Shown here: positions 27,247 to 37,705 of the stretch, in pieces
How the letters are laid out: each line of letters starts with the position of its first letter
Position numbering within the stretch: position 1 is the first letter of the stretch
NCBI GenBank assembly: GCA_965205505.1
Contig: CBDBHB010000008.1
Span: forward strand, 64,001-128,000
Source: Acidobacteriota bacterium
GTDB lineage: Bacteria; Acidobacteriota; UBA890; WLXD01
Direction of reading: 5' to 3'
DNA: 64,000 bases
Position numbers and translations under genes: made by a program
The notes under the pieces: model-generated
Databases searched by the model: none
What the model saw: only the letters and a program-made list of their open reading frames with translations
What the model was told of the DNA's origin: nothing

Positions 27247-28347
27247 ATGGGGCGCGTCGCCATAGCGATGAGCGGAGGCGTAGATTCGAGTGCCGCCGCA
27301 GCCATCCTGCGCCAGGAGGGGCACGTCGTCGTCGGTCTCACGCTACAGCTGTGGGACTACGGCGACATCAACAGCGCGCGTGGACTCGGGCGGTGTTGTT
27401 CCCCGGCCGACATCGCCGATGCTCGGGCAGTGGCTGCGCAGCTCGACTTCCCCCACTACGTTTTCGATCATACTGCCGCATTCCGGGCGGAGATCGTCGA
27501 GCCGTTCCTCGACGCCTATGCCGCCGGCGAGACTCCGAGCCCGTGTATCCGATGCAACCGGAGGGTGAAGTTCGGATTGCTCCGGCGACTGGCGCGGAGC
27601 CTGGGCGCCGACTCGCTGGCGACGGGCCATTACGCCCGCCTCGGCGAGCGGGCCGGCCGGCCCCTGCTCCGCAAGGGGGTCGATGCCGATAAGGACCAGT
27701 CGTACTTCCTCTTCGACGTGCCGGCGGAGCAGCTTCGCCACGTCCGTTTCCCCATTGGACACCTCAGCAAGGACGAGGTCCGCGACGAAGCCCGACGATT
27801 GCATCTACACGTCGCTGACAAGCCTGAGAGCTACGAGCTTTGCTTTATTCCTGACGGCGACAAGAACGCGTTCATCGAGCGCCACCGACCGCAGAGCTCG
27901 GAAAGGCCCATCGCCCTACGCCACGCCGACGGCCATCCGCTCGGGCAGACCAACGGCCTGCATCGCTTTACGATCGGCCAGCGGCGAGGGCTAGGCATCG
28001 CCGCGAGCGACCGGCTGTACGTGCTCGACATCGATGCCCACGCTGCTAGCGTTACCGTCGGTCCACGCCAAGGCCTTGAGAGCTCTACCTTGCTCGCTGA
28101 ACGCTGCAACTGGCTGGCGATTGACGCTCCGGAATCTCCGCTGAGGGTCAGCGCACGCATCCGTCACCGACATCGCGAAGCCGAGGCCGTCGTCACCCCG
28201 ATGCGAGGAGGCCGCTACCAGGTTGCGTTCAGAGAGCCTCAGCATGCGGTTGCCCCCGGGCAGGGCGTGGCATTCTACGATGGCGACGTGCTGCTCGGCG
28301 GCGGTTGGATCACCCGCCAGCAAGCCAACGGGGCCGTCACCGAATGA
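27247..28347 (+). CDS. mnmA: tRNA 2-thiouridine(34) synthase MnmA
   Basis: AMSGGVDSS, TPSPCIRCN, ATGHYA, KDQSYFL, TIGQRRG, APGQ. Confidence 0.95.
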   Translation: MGRVAIAMSGGVDSSAAAAILRQEGHVVVGLTLQLWDYGDINSARGLGRCCSPADIADARAVAAQLDFPHYVFDHTAAFRAEIVEPFLDAYAAGETPSPCIRCNRRVKFGLLRRLARSLGADSLATGHYARLGERAGRPLLRKGVDADKDQSYFLFDVPAEQLRHVRFPIGHLSKDEVRDEARRLHLHVADKPESYELCFIPDGDKNAFIERHRPQSSERPIALRHADGHPLGQTNGLHRFTIGQRRGLGIAASDRLYVLDIDAHAASVTVGPRQGLESSTLLAERCNWLAIDAPESPLRVSARIRHRHREAEAVVTPMRGGRYQVAFREPQHAVAPGQGVAFYDGDVLLGGGWITRQQANGAVTE

Positions 28348-28367
28348 TGGGCGGTGCGGAGAAGTAG

Positions 28368-29123
28368 CTATTCAGCCACCTCGCGCGACTGCTTCAAAAG
28401 CGGCTCCAGCAGCATCCGCGCCGCCACTTGCTCGGCGCGCTTCTTGGTACTGCCTTGGCCTACGGCCCGCTGATCGTCGCCAGCAGTCACCTGGACGCGG
28501 AACGTCTTCGCGTGATCGGGGCCCGCCTCATCGACAACCTCATACGAGGGCAGCGGTAGGCCGGCAGCCTGCACATGCTCTTGGAGCGCCGACTTGAAGT
28601 CACGAATAGGGGCTGAGTGATCAGCGGCCGGGCTGATAAGCGGTTCGACCCGCGCGAGGATGAACTCGCTAGCGCAATCGAGTCCGCCGTCCAGGTAAAG
28701 CGCAGCGATCAGCGCTTCGAACGTATTCGCCAGGATCGAGCTCTTGGTGCGACCCGCGGTCTTCTCTTCGCCGCGGCCCAGGAAAACGCACTGCCCCAGC
28801 CAGAGATCATCCGCAAGCTTGGCGAGCGTCTCCGCCGATACCAGGAACGACTTGAGCTTCGACATCTGTCCTTCGTTGAGCGACGGATGTCGACGACACA
28901 GGAGGTCGCTGACGATCAGACCCAACACCGCGTCGCCAAGGAACTCGAGGACCTCGTTGTCCTCCGCACCGCTGCCCCGTTCGTTGGCATACGAGCGGTG
29001 TGTCAGTGCGCGAACCAGCAGCGCACGGTCGTCGAAGCTGTAGCCGACCCGCTGCTCTAGGGGAGCGAGCGCGCCGCCGTCAGGCTCGGACTGCGAATCA
29101 CCGATCCTGCGATCAGTTTGCAC
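28368..29123 (-). CDS. rnc: Ribonuclease III
   Basis: ALTHRS, NEVLEFLGDAVL, FEALIAALYLD, dsRBD FKSALQE...GPDH; start set at GTG 29123. Confidence 0.95.
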   Translation of the reverse strand: MQTDRRIGDSQSEPDGGALAPLEQRVGYSFDDRALLVRALTHRSYANERGSGAEDNEVLEFLGDAVLGLIVSDLLCRRHPSLNEGQMSKLKSFLVSAETLAKLADDLWLGQCVFLGRGEEKTAGRTKSSILANTFEALIAALYLDGGLDCASEFILARVEPLISPAADHSAPIRDFKSALQEHVQAAGLPLPSYEVVDEAGPDHAKTFRVQVTAGDDQRAVGQGSTKKRAEQVAARMLLEPLLKQSREVAE

Positions 29124-29820
29124 CTGTCGGCAACTCCATCGACGCGCGAATCGCGACCGCCGCCGCCACCGGGTCGTCGGCCTGCAGAATTGGGCGCCCG
29201 ACAACCAGATAGTCGGCCCCGGCTACCACCGCCGCCGACGGGGTGGCCACGCGGACCTGGTCGTGCGCATCAGCGCCGGCCGGGCGAATCCCCGGCGTAA
29301 CGAGAAGAAACTCCGGCCCCCACCGGGCGCGGATTGCAGCAGCTTCTCGAACCGAGGTTACCACACCGTCACAGCCGCTATCGTGGGCCAGCTGGCAGCG
29401 TCGTTCGACTACCGAGGCCGGGGCGTCGTGGACGCCGACGGTCGGCAGATCCTCGGCCGAGAGGCTGGTGAGCAGGGTAACGCCCAGGAGTCGCGGGATG
29501 GGCTGATTCGAGCGCGCCGCCACCGCCGCTTCGAGCATCTTGCGCCCGCCACTGGTGTGCAGCGTAAACAACTCCACCTCGAGCTCAGCGGCGGACCGCA
29601 CGGCACCGGCAGCGGTCGCCGGAATGTCGCATATCTTGAGGTCGAGGAAGATCCCCCATCCCATCGACATGAGCTCACGCACCAGGCCTGGTCCCTGAGC
29701 GATAAACAGCTGAAGGCCGACCTTGAGGACGTCGGCGTGCCCTTGCAGTACTTCCGCAACCTGGAGGGCGCGTTCGGCGGTGGGTACATCGAGTGCGACG
29801 ATCAGTCGCGGCCGGCTCAA
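29113..29820 (-). CDS. pyrF: Orotidine-5'-phosphate decarboxylase
   Basis: LIVALD, KVG, FLDLKICDIP, VTLLTS, TPGIRP, DQVR, VVGRPI. Confidence 0.95.
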   Translation of the reverse strand: MSRPRLIVALDVPTAERALQVAEVLQGHADVLKVGLQLFIAQGPGLVRELMSMGWGIFLDLKICDIPATAAGAVRSAAELEVELFTLHTSGGRKMLEAAVAARSNQPIPRLLGVTLLTSLSAEDLPTVGVHDAPASVVERRCQLAHDSGCDGVVTSVREAAAIRARWGPEFLLVTPGIRPAGADAHDQVRVATPSAAVVAGADYLVVGRPILQADDPVAAAVAIRASMELPTGAN

Positions 29821-30278
29821 TTCATTCGCTCAATACGCACTCGGGCGACTCCCTCGTCGACCATCACCAGCGCCCTCGCGGCGCCCAAAGACAAGTCCAG
29901 ATCTCGGCCCTTGATGAACGGTCCACGGTCGTTGATCTTCACCACGACAGAGCGCCGGTTGCCCGGGTGTGTGACTCGCAGTCGCGTCCCGAACGGCAGA
30001 GTTTTGTGCGCCGCCGTCAACGCGTGCATGTCGAAGACTTCGCCGCTCGACGTCTGGCGTCCATGGTACTTGTGTCCATACCAGGATGCGACCATTACCG
30101 AGACCTTCGATCCAGGTCGAGCTGCAGGACGAAGCTGCGCCGCGCAACCGCTTGCCGCCAGGAGCATCGCGCCAATAGCGATCGCCGCCGGCAGCCTGCT
30201 CAGCGCCCTTCGAGAGCTCTCACGGCTCGTCCAACTGTAGTGTCCCGATAACTTCGCGTACCGAGGGAATCTGTTCAT
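29817..30278 (-). CDS. RlpA family lytic transglycosylase lipoprotein
   Basis: Lipobox LAASGC; ASWYG...GRQTSSGE...TAAHKTLPFGT...INDRGPF...DLS; start uncertain. Confidence 0.88.
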   Translation of the reverse strand: MNRFPRYAKLSGHYSWTSRESSRRALSRLPAAIAIGAMLLAASGCAAQLRPAARPGSKVSVMVASWYGHKYHGRQTSSGEVFDMHALTAAHKTLPFGTRLRVTHPGNRRSVVVKINDRGPFIKGRDLDLSLGAARALVMVDEGVARVRIERMN

Positions 30279-31158
30279 CGCAACACCATCTCGCCAGCTC
30301 ATCGACCAAACGCTGTGACGCGGTCGGATCGTAAAAGTTCGCCGTGCCGATCTGAACTGCTGTTGCACCCACTATCAAGTACTGGAGCGCATGATCAAGC
30401 TCACATACGCCACCTATACCTATCAAAGGCAATGACGAGACAAGAGATACCTCGTAAAGTAAGTACAGGGCGATCGGAAATAGGACAGGACCAGAAAGCC
30501 CACCGTAAATCGTGGCCAGGAGCGGCCTGCGGCGTCCTACATCGACAGCCATCCCCCGGATGGTGTTGACCACCGAGAGCGCGTCGGCGCCGGCTTCCTC
30601 GGCAGCGCGAGCCATCACACCGATGTCCGTCACGCCGGGCGCAAGCTTCACCCAGAGGGGCTTTTCGGTGGCGGCACGGGCCGCCGCCGTGACCGCGTGG
30701 ATCTGCACGGGATCAGTGCCGAAGCTGATCCCGCCTTCCTTGATGTTCGGGCAAGAGACGTTGAGCTCGAGCGCATGTACTCCGTCGGCCGCGTCCATGC
30801 GGCGAGCGACGCCCACGTACTCCTCCACCGTCCTGCCCCAGACGTTGGCGATCACCTTGAGGTCGAACTGTCTGAGGAACGGAAGCTTGTCCCGCACAAA
30901 TGCGTCGGCTCCAACGTTTTGCAGGCCGATAGAGTTCAGCATGCCTCCCGGAACCTCGGTGATTCGCTGAGGCGTGTTGCCGCGCTCGGGTTCGAGCGAC
31001 AAGCCTTTGACCACGATGCCGCCGAGTCGGTTCAAATCGATGAGCTCAGCCATCTCCTCGCCGTACCCCACCGTTCCGGACGCCAGCAGCATCGGATTGC
31101 TCAGCTCGATGTCACCGACCTTCACCGCGAGATCGGGCTGCCCCTCAGGATCGCTCAT
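30220..31158 (-). CDS. pyrD: Dihydroorotate dehydrogenase B, catalytic subunit
   Basis: ASGT, GMLNSIGLQN, ELNVSCPN, VKL, NT, GGLSG, IGIGG, VQIGTANF. Confidence 0.93.
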   Translation of the reverse strand: MSDPEGQPDLAVKVGDIELSNPMLLASGTVGYGEEMAELIDLNRLGGIVVKGLSLEPERGNTPQRITEVPGGMLNSIGLQNVGADAFVRDKLPFLRQFDLKVIANVWGRTVEEYVGVARRMDAADGVHALELNVSCPNIKEGGISFGTDPVQIHAVTAAARAATEKPLWVKLAPGVTDIGVMARAAEEAGADALSVVNTIRGMAVDVGRRRPLLATIYGGLSGPVLFPIALYLLYEVSLVSSLPLIGIGGVCELDHALQYLIVGATAVQIGTANFYDPTASQRLVDELARWCCDEQIPSVREVIGTLQLDEP

Positions 31159-31964
31159 CGCCAGCCCAAGGTGGCCGCGTCGAATACCGGACCCTCGCGA
31201 CAGATGCGCTGATAGATCCAAGCATCACCGCGATCGACTGGAACGACGCACGACAGACACACGCCGATTCCACAGGCCATCGGGGCTTCGAGGCTCACCT
31301 GGTGATCACACCCATGGCGAACGGCGAGCTCGTCGACCGCCCGCATCATCGGCGTTGGCCCGCAGGAGTAGATGCGGGGGCGGCCCGCCGCGCGTCGCAA
31401 GTGAGCCTCGAGTGCGCCAGTTACAAACCCGTGGTGCCCGGCCGACCCGTCGTCGGTGGCCAGGTGAACCGGAACGTCCAGCTCTGCAAAGTCGTCCAGG
31501 CACAGCAGGTCCTCTCGGCTTCGCCCTCCGACGAATGCCCGCACCCGTGCGCCGCGGCTTGTGAGTGTCTCCGCCAGCAGGGGAAAAGGCGCCGCGCCGA
31601 CCCCACCCATCACCAGTAGATCCTCCTCATCATCCAGCACGCCCGCCGCTGGCAGACGGAATGGGCAACCGAGTGGGCCGAGAACGTCCGCCTCGTCGCC
31701 GGCCTTGGCGCGCGCCATCAACGTCGTGCCGCGGCCAGTGCGCTCTACCAATAGCGTGAACCCCACAGCGGCACCCGCCTCACGAACGATCCGGTAGATC
31801 GCCATCGGCCGACGCAGCAAAGGATCGATTCCGTCACCGACCGAGATCATCACGAAGTGTCCCGGGAGGGAGGCAGCAGCGATGTCCGGACAGCGGTATT
31901 CGAGCACGAAACAACGGCGCGCGAGAGTGTGGGTTGACTCCAAGTCGAGCCGCCGTTCAAACAT
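31155..31964 (-). CDS. pyrK: Dihydroorotate dehydrogenase electron transfer subunit
   Basis: PGHFVM, LRRP, GPLG, GGVGAAP, TDDGS, CGPTPMM, MACGIGVCLSC...CREGPVF. Confidence 0.92.
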   Translation of the reverse strand: MFERRLDLESTHTLARRCFVLEYRCPDIAAASLPGHFVMISVGDGIDPLLRRPMAIYRIVREAGAAVGFTLLVERTGRGTTLMARAKAGDEADVLGPLGCPFRLPAAGVLDDEEDLLVMGGVGAAPFPLLAETLTSRGARVRAFVGGRSREDLLCLDDFAELDVPVHLATDDGSAGHHGFVTGALEAHLRRAAGRPRIYSCGPTPMMRAVDELAVRHGCDHQVSLEAPMACGIGVCLSCVVPVDRGDAWIYQRICREGPVFDAATLGWR

Positions 31965-32019
31965 CGGCCGCAGGCTAGCATGGGGTCCGGCAAGCCGGCA
32001 AACTGCCGGCATCTTGTGA

Positions 32020-32814
<795 letters not shown>

Positions 32815-32824
32815 GAGGGGGGCA

Positions 32825-33838
32825 ATGACGATGGATCCGATAACCACCACACTTCTCGATGACGCAGCAATGGTTCGCGCGCCGCCCGAGCAGAGCATCG
32901 TATTTCCGAAGAACCTCGTCGGCATCCGGCCACTCGAATCCGAGCAGATCGGACTCGTGCTGGACACAGCGGAGCACTTCAGAGCGATCTCCGAGCGTCC
33001 CATCAAGAAGGTGCCGGCCCTTCGCGGCAAGACAGTCGTGAACCTGTTCTTCGAACCATCGACCCGGACCCGGACGAGCTTCGAGATAGCCGGCAAGCGG
33101 CTCTCGGCCGACGTCCAAAGCGTTTCAGCGTCAACCAGCAGCGTGGTCAAAGGAGAGACCCTTCTGGATACCGCTCGCAATATCGAGGCGATGCTCCCCG
33201 ATATCCTGGTGCTGCGTCACGCGTGCGCCGGAGCTACCGACTTCCTCGCGCGGCACTGCTCAGCCGCCGTGGTCAACGCCGGCGACGGAGCCCACGAGCA
33301 CCCGACCCAAGCGTTACTCGATGCCCTCACGATCCGCCGCAGCAAGGGCAGCATCGCCGGGCTGCGGGTGGTGATCGTGGGCGACATCGGCCATAGCCGG
33401 GTGGCGCGATCGAACATCCTGTGCCTGCGCAAGCTGGGGGCCGACGTTGCTGTGGCAGCGCCGCCGACGCTCATGCCCGTGCAGGTGGAATCGCTCGGCG
33501 TGACTGCCCACCACCGAATCGAGCCGGCGCTCGAGGGCGCCGATGTGGTCATGATGCTGCGTATCCAAGCAGAGCGTGGCGGCAAGCTCAACGTGCCCAG
33601 CGCGGCGGAGTACTTCAAGCTGTTCGGCCTCACGGAGAGCCGCCTGGCGCTTGCCCGCGACGATGCCATCGTCATGCATCCGGGACCAATGAACCGGGGC
33701 GTCGAGATCGCTTCGGATATCGCCGACGGGCCCCGATCGATGATTCTCGAACAGGTTACCAACGGGCTAGCGGTTCGGATGGCGATCCTCTATTTGCTGG
33801 CAGGAGGAAATCCGAAGAATGTCGATTCTTCTGCTTAG
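32825..33838 (+). CDS. pyrB: Aspartate carbamoyltransferase catalytic subunit
   Basis: [45 protein letters not shown]. Confidence 0.96.
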   Translation: MTMDPITTTLLDDAAMVRAPPEQSIVFPKNLVGIRPLESEQIGLVLDTAEHFRAISERPIKKVPALRGKTVVNLFFEPSTRTRTSFEIAGKRLSADVQSVSASTSSVVKGETLLDTARNIEAMLPDILVLRHACAGATDFLARHCSAAVVNAGDGAHEHPTQALLDALTIRRSKGSIAGLRVVIVGDIGHSRVARSNILCLRKLGADVAVAAPPTLMPVQVESLGVTAHHRIEPALEGADVVMMLRIQAERGGKLNVPSAAEYFKLFGLTESRLALARDDAIVMHPGPMNRGVEIASDIADGPRSMILEQVTNGLAVRMAILYLLAGGNPKNVDSSA

Positions 33839-35099
33839 GGGCGGCCGCCTGATCGACCCGACGAATGGCGTAGATACGGTCGGCGACTTGCTCGTCGTCG
33901 ACGGCGTCATCGAGAAGACGGGAACCAAGATCGACGCTACCGCCGCCGAGACGATCGAGTGCGGTGGCATGATTGTCGCTCCCGGTTTCGTTGACATGCA
34001 CGTTCACCTTCGAGAGCCGGGCTTCGAGCACAAGGAGACGATCGCCACGGGGACCATGGCAGCCGCTGCCGGCGGTTTTACCGCTGTCGCCTGCATGCCC
34101 AACACCAGGCCGGTGAACGACCACCGCGCGGTGACGGAGTTCATCGTCGAGCGGGCCAACCTCGAGGGGCACGTCCGGGTCCATCCGATCGGAGCAGTGA
34201 GCATCGATCAAGCCGGCGAGGCGTTGGCGGAGATTGGCGAACTAGTCGCAGCGGGCTGCGTGGCCGTCTCCGACGACGGGTATCCGGTGGCCACCGCACA
34301 GCTCATGCGCAAGGCGCTCGAGTACAGCCGTATGTTCGATATCCCGGTGATCGATCACTGTGAGGAGCGCTCGATGACCACCCGGTCTGTGATGCATGAG
34401 GGTGCGGTTTCTACCGCCCTGGGGATGCGTGGCTGGCCGGCGGCCGCCGAAGAGATCATCGTCGCCCGCGATCTATTGCTGGCCGAGGCGACCGGTGGAC
34501 GGCTGCACCTGGCACATCTTTCTACAGCCGGATCCATGCGACTCGTGCGCGACGCCAAGGAACGCGGCGTCGACGTAACGTGCGAGGTAATGACGCACCA
34601 TTTCTCGCTCACCGACGAGGCCGTGCGTGGCTTCGACACCAACACCAAGATGAACCCGCCGCTGCGCGCCGAGTCGGACCGTCAGGCGCTGCTCGAGGCG
34701 ATCGGCAACGGCACGGTCGACGCCATCGCCACCGACCACGCTCCGCATCATCGAGACGAAAAGCTGCTGGAATACGACCAGGCGCCGTTTGGCATCGTCG
34801 GCCTCGAGACTGCGATCCCACTCGCTTGCACTCACCTGCTGCGTACCGATGTCGTCGACGTCGCCCGGCTCGTGGAGCTCATGTCGGTCAACCCGAGCAG
34901 GATTCTCGGAATCGACGGCGGGACCCTGACCACCGGGGCGCCAGCCCACCTCACCGTCATCGATCCAGAACGCCAAGCAACGATCGACGCTTCGGCGTTT
35001 CACAGCAAGTCCCGAAACACCCCCTTCGATGAACAGACCCTCTACGGCTGGCCCATGCTGACCGTCGTCGACGGACAGATTGCCTGGCGTCGAACGTGA
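33819..35099 (+). CDS. pyrC: Dihydroorotase
   Basis: [47 protein letters not shown]. Confidence 0.95.
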   Translation: MSILLLRGGRLIDPTNGVDTVGDLLVVDGVIEKTGTKIDATAAETIECGGMIVAPGFVDMHVHLREPGFEHKETIATGTMAAAAGGFTAVACMPNTRPVNDHRAVTEFIVERANLEGHVRVHPIGAVSIDQAGEALAEIGELVAAGCVAVSDDGYPVATAQLMRKALEYSRMFDIPVIDHCEERSMTTRSVMHEGAVSTALGMRGWPAAAEEIIVARDLLLAEATGGRLHLAHLSTAGSMRLVRDAKERGVDVTCEVMTHHFSLTDEAVRGFDTNTKMNPPLRAESDRQALLEAIGNGTVDAIATDHAPHHRDEKLLEYDQAPFGIVGLETAIPLACTHLLRTDVVDVARLVELMSVNPSRILGIDGGTLTTGAPAHLTVIDPERQATIDASAFHSKSRNTPFDEQTLYGWPMLTVVDGQIAWRRT

Positions 35100-35674
35100 G
35101 CCCAGCGCCCAACGTCCGCGCCCTGTTGCTCGACAGCGAAGCCCTGCTGGAGGGTCACTTCGCGCTCTCCTCGGGCCGGCATTCGGACCGCTATCTACAA
35201 TGTGCTCGCGCCCTTCAGCATCCGGACGTCGCCGAGCGACTCGGAGCGGAGCTCGCCCAGCTCTGCCGCGACGAGCTGACAGAGGCCCCCGAAGTGGTTG
35301 TGTCTCCCGCCCTCGGTGGTCTGATCATCGGACATGAAGTGGGGCGAGCCCTGGGGCTGCGAGCGTGCTTCACGGAGCGCGTCGAAGGTGTTATGGAGCT
35401 GCGGCGTGGGTTCGCACTGACCCCTGGCGAGCGTGTGTTGATGGTGGAGGATGTCGTTACGACCGGCCTCAGCAGTCGTGAAACGCTGCAGGTAATCCGC
35501 CAGCACGGCGGCCATCCGGTCGGTGCCGCCTGCATCGCCAATCGCCTCGGGGCCGCGGAGGTCGACGAGCTGCCGCTGCTGGCTCTCTTGATGCTCGATG
35601 CGCCGGTTTGGGAGCCGCATGAGTGTCCGTCATGTGCCGCCGGGAGCACGGCGATCAAGCCAGGGAGTCGCTAG
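35096..35674 (+). CDS. pyrE: Orotate phosphoribosyltransferase
   Basis: LLEGHFALSSGRHS..YLQC, PALGG, LRRGF, VEDVVTTG, CPSC...KPGSR. Confidence 0.93.
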   Translation: MSPAPNVRALLLDSEALLEGHFALSSGRHSDRYLQCARALQHPDVAERLGAELAQLCRDELTEAPEVVVSPALGGLIIGHEVGRALGLRACFTERVEGVMELRRGFALTPGERVLMVEDVVTTGLSSRETLQVIRQHGGHPVGAACIANRLGAAEVDELPLLALLMLDAPVWEPHECPSCAAGSTAIKPGSR

Positions 35675-35949
35675 CAGGCCGTGGTGGAAGTGTGGCGGGT
35701 CTGGTTACGGCGAGTTGGGGCCAGATGCAAGGCGGCCTGACACTGGCGATGCCCTAGCCATCGTCGAGGAAGGCCAACGCCGCAAATGGCCCCAAATCGC
35801 CGTAACCCTTCGGGCGACAGGGGGTTGCGCACGTATGCTGCGTCGTTCCTCGTCAACGATGGGGTAACCATCGCCTCCTCCTCCCTCCTTGCCTCCGCCT
35901 CGCAAGACCCTGTCGCCAGGCCCGCCACACTTCCACCACGGCCTGCTAG
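35671..35949. mobile_element. 279-bp MITE-like element (type B ends) with two inverted hairpin modules
   Basis: 34-bp inverted repeats CTAGCAGGCCGTGGTGGAAGTGTGGCGGG(T/C)CTGG at 35671-35704 and 35916-35949 (1 mismatch); hairpins 35703-35807 and 35813-35917 flank CCCTTCGGG. Confidence 0.85.
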
Positions 35950-35950
35950 G

Positions 35951-37705
35951 TCAGTGACGCCCGAGTTGGCGTTCGATTGAGCGGTGATCGAGCCGCAGCA
36001 TGATCGGACGCCCGTGTGGACAGCGGGTCGGCGACTCACACTCTCCAAGCTGAGAAATCAGGCTCGCCATGACCTCCCGTGTCAGTGGCTGATTCGCCTT
36101 GACAGCCGCGTGACACGCGATCGAAGCGGCAACCTGATTCTGGATCTGTTCAGCCGCTTCGCCGCCACGCTCATCGGCCAACGACGCGAGCAGGGCGCGC
36201 AGCGTCGGCGCACCGCGCCGCGCCCCCAACACCTCCGGAACAGTGCGCAGTGTCCAGGTTTGTCCCCCGAACGGCTCGATCTCGAAACCGAACGTGGCCA
36301 GCAGCTCTTGGTGTTGCTCGGCCGCCGCCACCTCTACGGCAGTCAGCTCCACGGTCTCGGGTACCAGCAATCCTTGCACCGGGACGCGGCGACGTCGACG
36401 TTGCTCCAGCACCTGCTCGTAGAGGACCCGCTCGTGCGCCACGTGCTGATCGATGATCAGCAGCCCGTCGTCGTCGACGGCGAGGATGTACGTGTTGGCG
36501 TACTGCGCGATCGCCTGGACGGCGCCGGGGGTGCCCCCAATCGGTGCTGCGACCTGGCTTTCGCGGATATCCCCTCCGATCCCCGAGCCACCGATCGACA
36601 CCCAGTCGCGCAGGGGCAGGCTGGGCGCCCACGGCGCGCGCACTGGGATTCCCGAGGTACCGTCAGGGGCATCTCGAACCACCCCGTCGGACATCGGCTG
36701 TGGCCATGCGCTCGGTGGCGGCAGCCGACTCGCGAGCGACGTCGCCACGGCTCGCCGCAGCACCGCGAAGACGCGGCCCGGCTCGACGAAGCGCACCTCG
36801 GCCTTGCGCGGATGCACGTTCACGTCTACCTCGGCGGGATCGAGTGCAAGAAACAACACCGCCACCGGGAACCGCCGGCGTTCCAGCAGCGAATCGAAGC
36901 CCGACACGACCGCATGTGCCAGGCGACCATCGCTGACCACCCTGCCGTTCACGAACAGGTGGATGTGGCGCCGGTTGGATCGCGTATGCTCCGGGCTCGT
37001 CACGCCTCCGACCACACGTATTTCGCTGCCGCCCTCGACCAGCACCCAGCACTCGGCGACCGCCGCGCCGAGCACCTGATGGATGCGTTCGTCGAGCGCC
37101 GCGACCGGAGGAGCCACGAGGCGCTCGCGGCCGTCTACGGAGAGCGTCAGACCGATGTCCGGCCGCAACAACGCGAAGTCTTCGACCACCGCAGCAACGT
37201 GCCCGGTCTCGGTGGCGTCGGTACGCAGGTGCTTTAGCCGCGCCGGCGTGTTGTAGAAGAGTTCGTGCACGCGCAGACGCGTGCCGCGCGGGCCTACGGA
37301 CGTGCGTACGCTCGGCCTTTCACGCTCTCCGACGCGAATCTCGGCACCAACCCCCTCGCCTGTGCCGGTATGCATCTCGACGCGAGCCACCGCGGCAATG
37401 CTGGCGAGAGCCTCGCCGCGGAAGCCGAGCGTGCGTATGTCGTCGAGATCCTCGACCGTCGCGATCTTGCTCGTCGCGTGTTGCCGGAACGCCAAGACCG
37501 CATCCTCGGACGTCATCCCGTGGCCGTCGTCGTCAACTTCAATCAGCCGCCGGCCGCCGGCCTCGATACGAACATCGATGCGGGAGGCACCCGCATCGAG
37601 AGCGTTCTCGATCAACTCCTTGACGACAGAGGCGGGGCGCTCGACGACCTCCCCTGCCGCGATGCGATCGATGACGGCACCATCGAGCATGTGAATGGCG
37701 TTCAT
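35951..37705 (-). CDS. mutL: DNA mismatch repair endonuclease MutL
   Basis: IAAGEVVERPASVVKELIEN, HATSK, GFRGEAL, DVNVHP, DQHVAHE, ACH, CPHGRP. Confidence 0.96.
   Translation of the reverse strand: MNAIHMLDGAVIDRIAAGEVVERPASVVKELIENALDAGASRIDVRIEAGGRRLIEVDDDGHGMTSEDAVLAFRQHATSKIATVEDLDDIRTLGFRGEALASIAAVARVEMHTGTGEGVGAEIRVGERERPSVRTSVGPRGTRLRVHELFYNTPARLKHLRTDATETGHVAAVVEDFALLRPDIGLTLSVDGRERLVAPPVAALDERIHQVLGAAVAECWVLVEGGSEIRVVGGVTSPEHTRSNRRHIHLFVNGRVVSDGRLAHAVVSGFDSLLERRRFPVAVLFLALDPAEVDVNVHPRKAEVRFVEPGRVFAVLRRAVATSLASRLPPPSAWPQPMSDGVVRDAPDGTSGIPVRAPWAPSLPLRDWVSIGGSGIGGDIRESQVAAPIGGTPGAVQAIAQYANTYILAVDDDGLLIIDQHVAHERVLYEQVLEQRRRRRVPVQGLLVPETVELTAVEVAAAEQHQELLATFGFEIEPFGGQTWTLRTVPEVLGARRGAPTLRALLASLADERGGEAAEQIQNQVAASIACHAAVKANQPLTREVMASLISQLGECESPTRCPHGRPIMLRLDHRSIERQLGRH

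Noticed and set aside
30355-30512. DGR variable region as the cause of the pyrD patch
   Set aside because: No template repeat or reverse transcriptase in the window, and the changes are mostly synonymous.
35671-36048. ORF-track ORFs across the elements (35671-36048, 35705-35905, 20193-20393, tail of 2987-4135)
   Set aside because: No protein motifs; they arise from GC-rich palindromic DNA.
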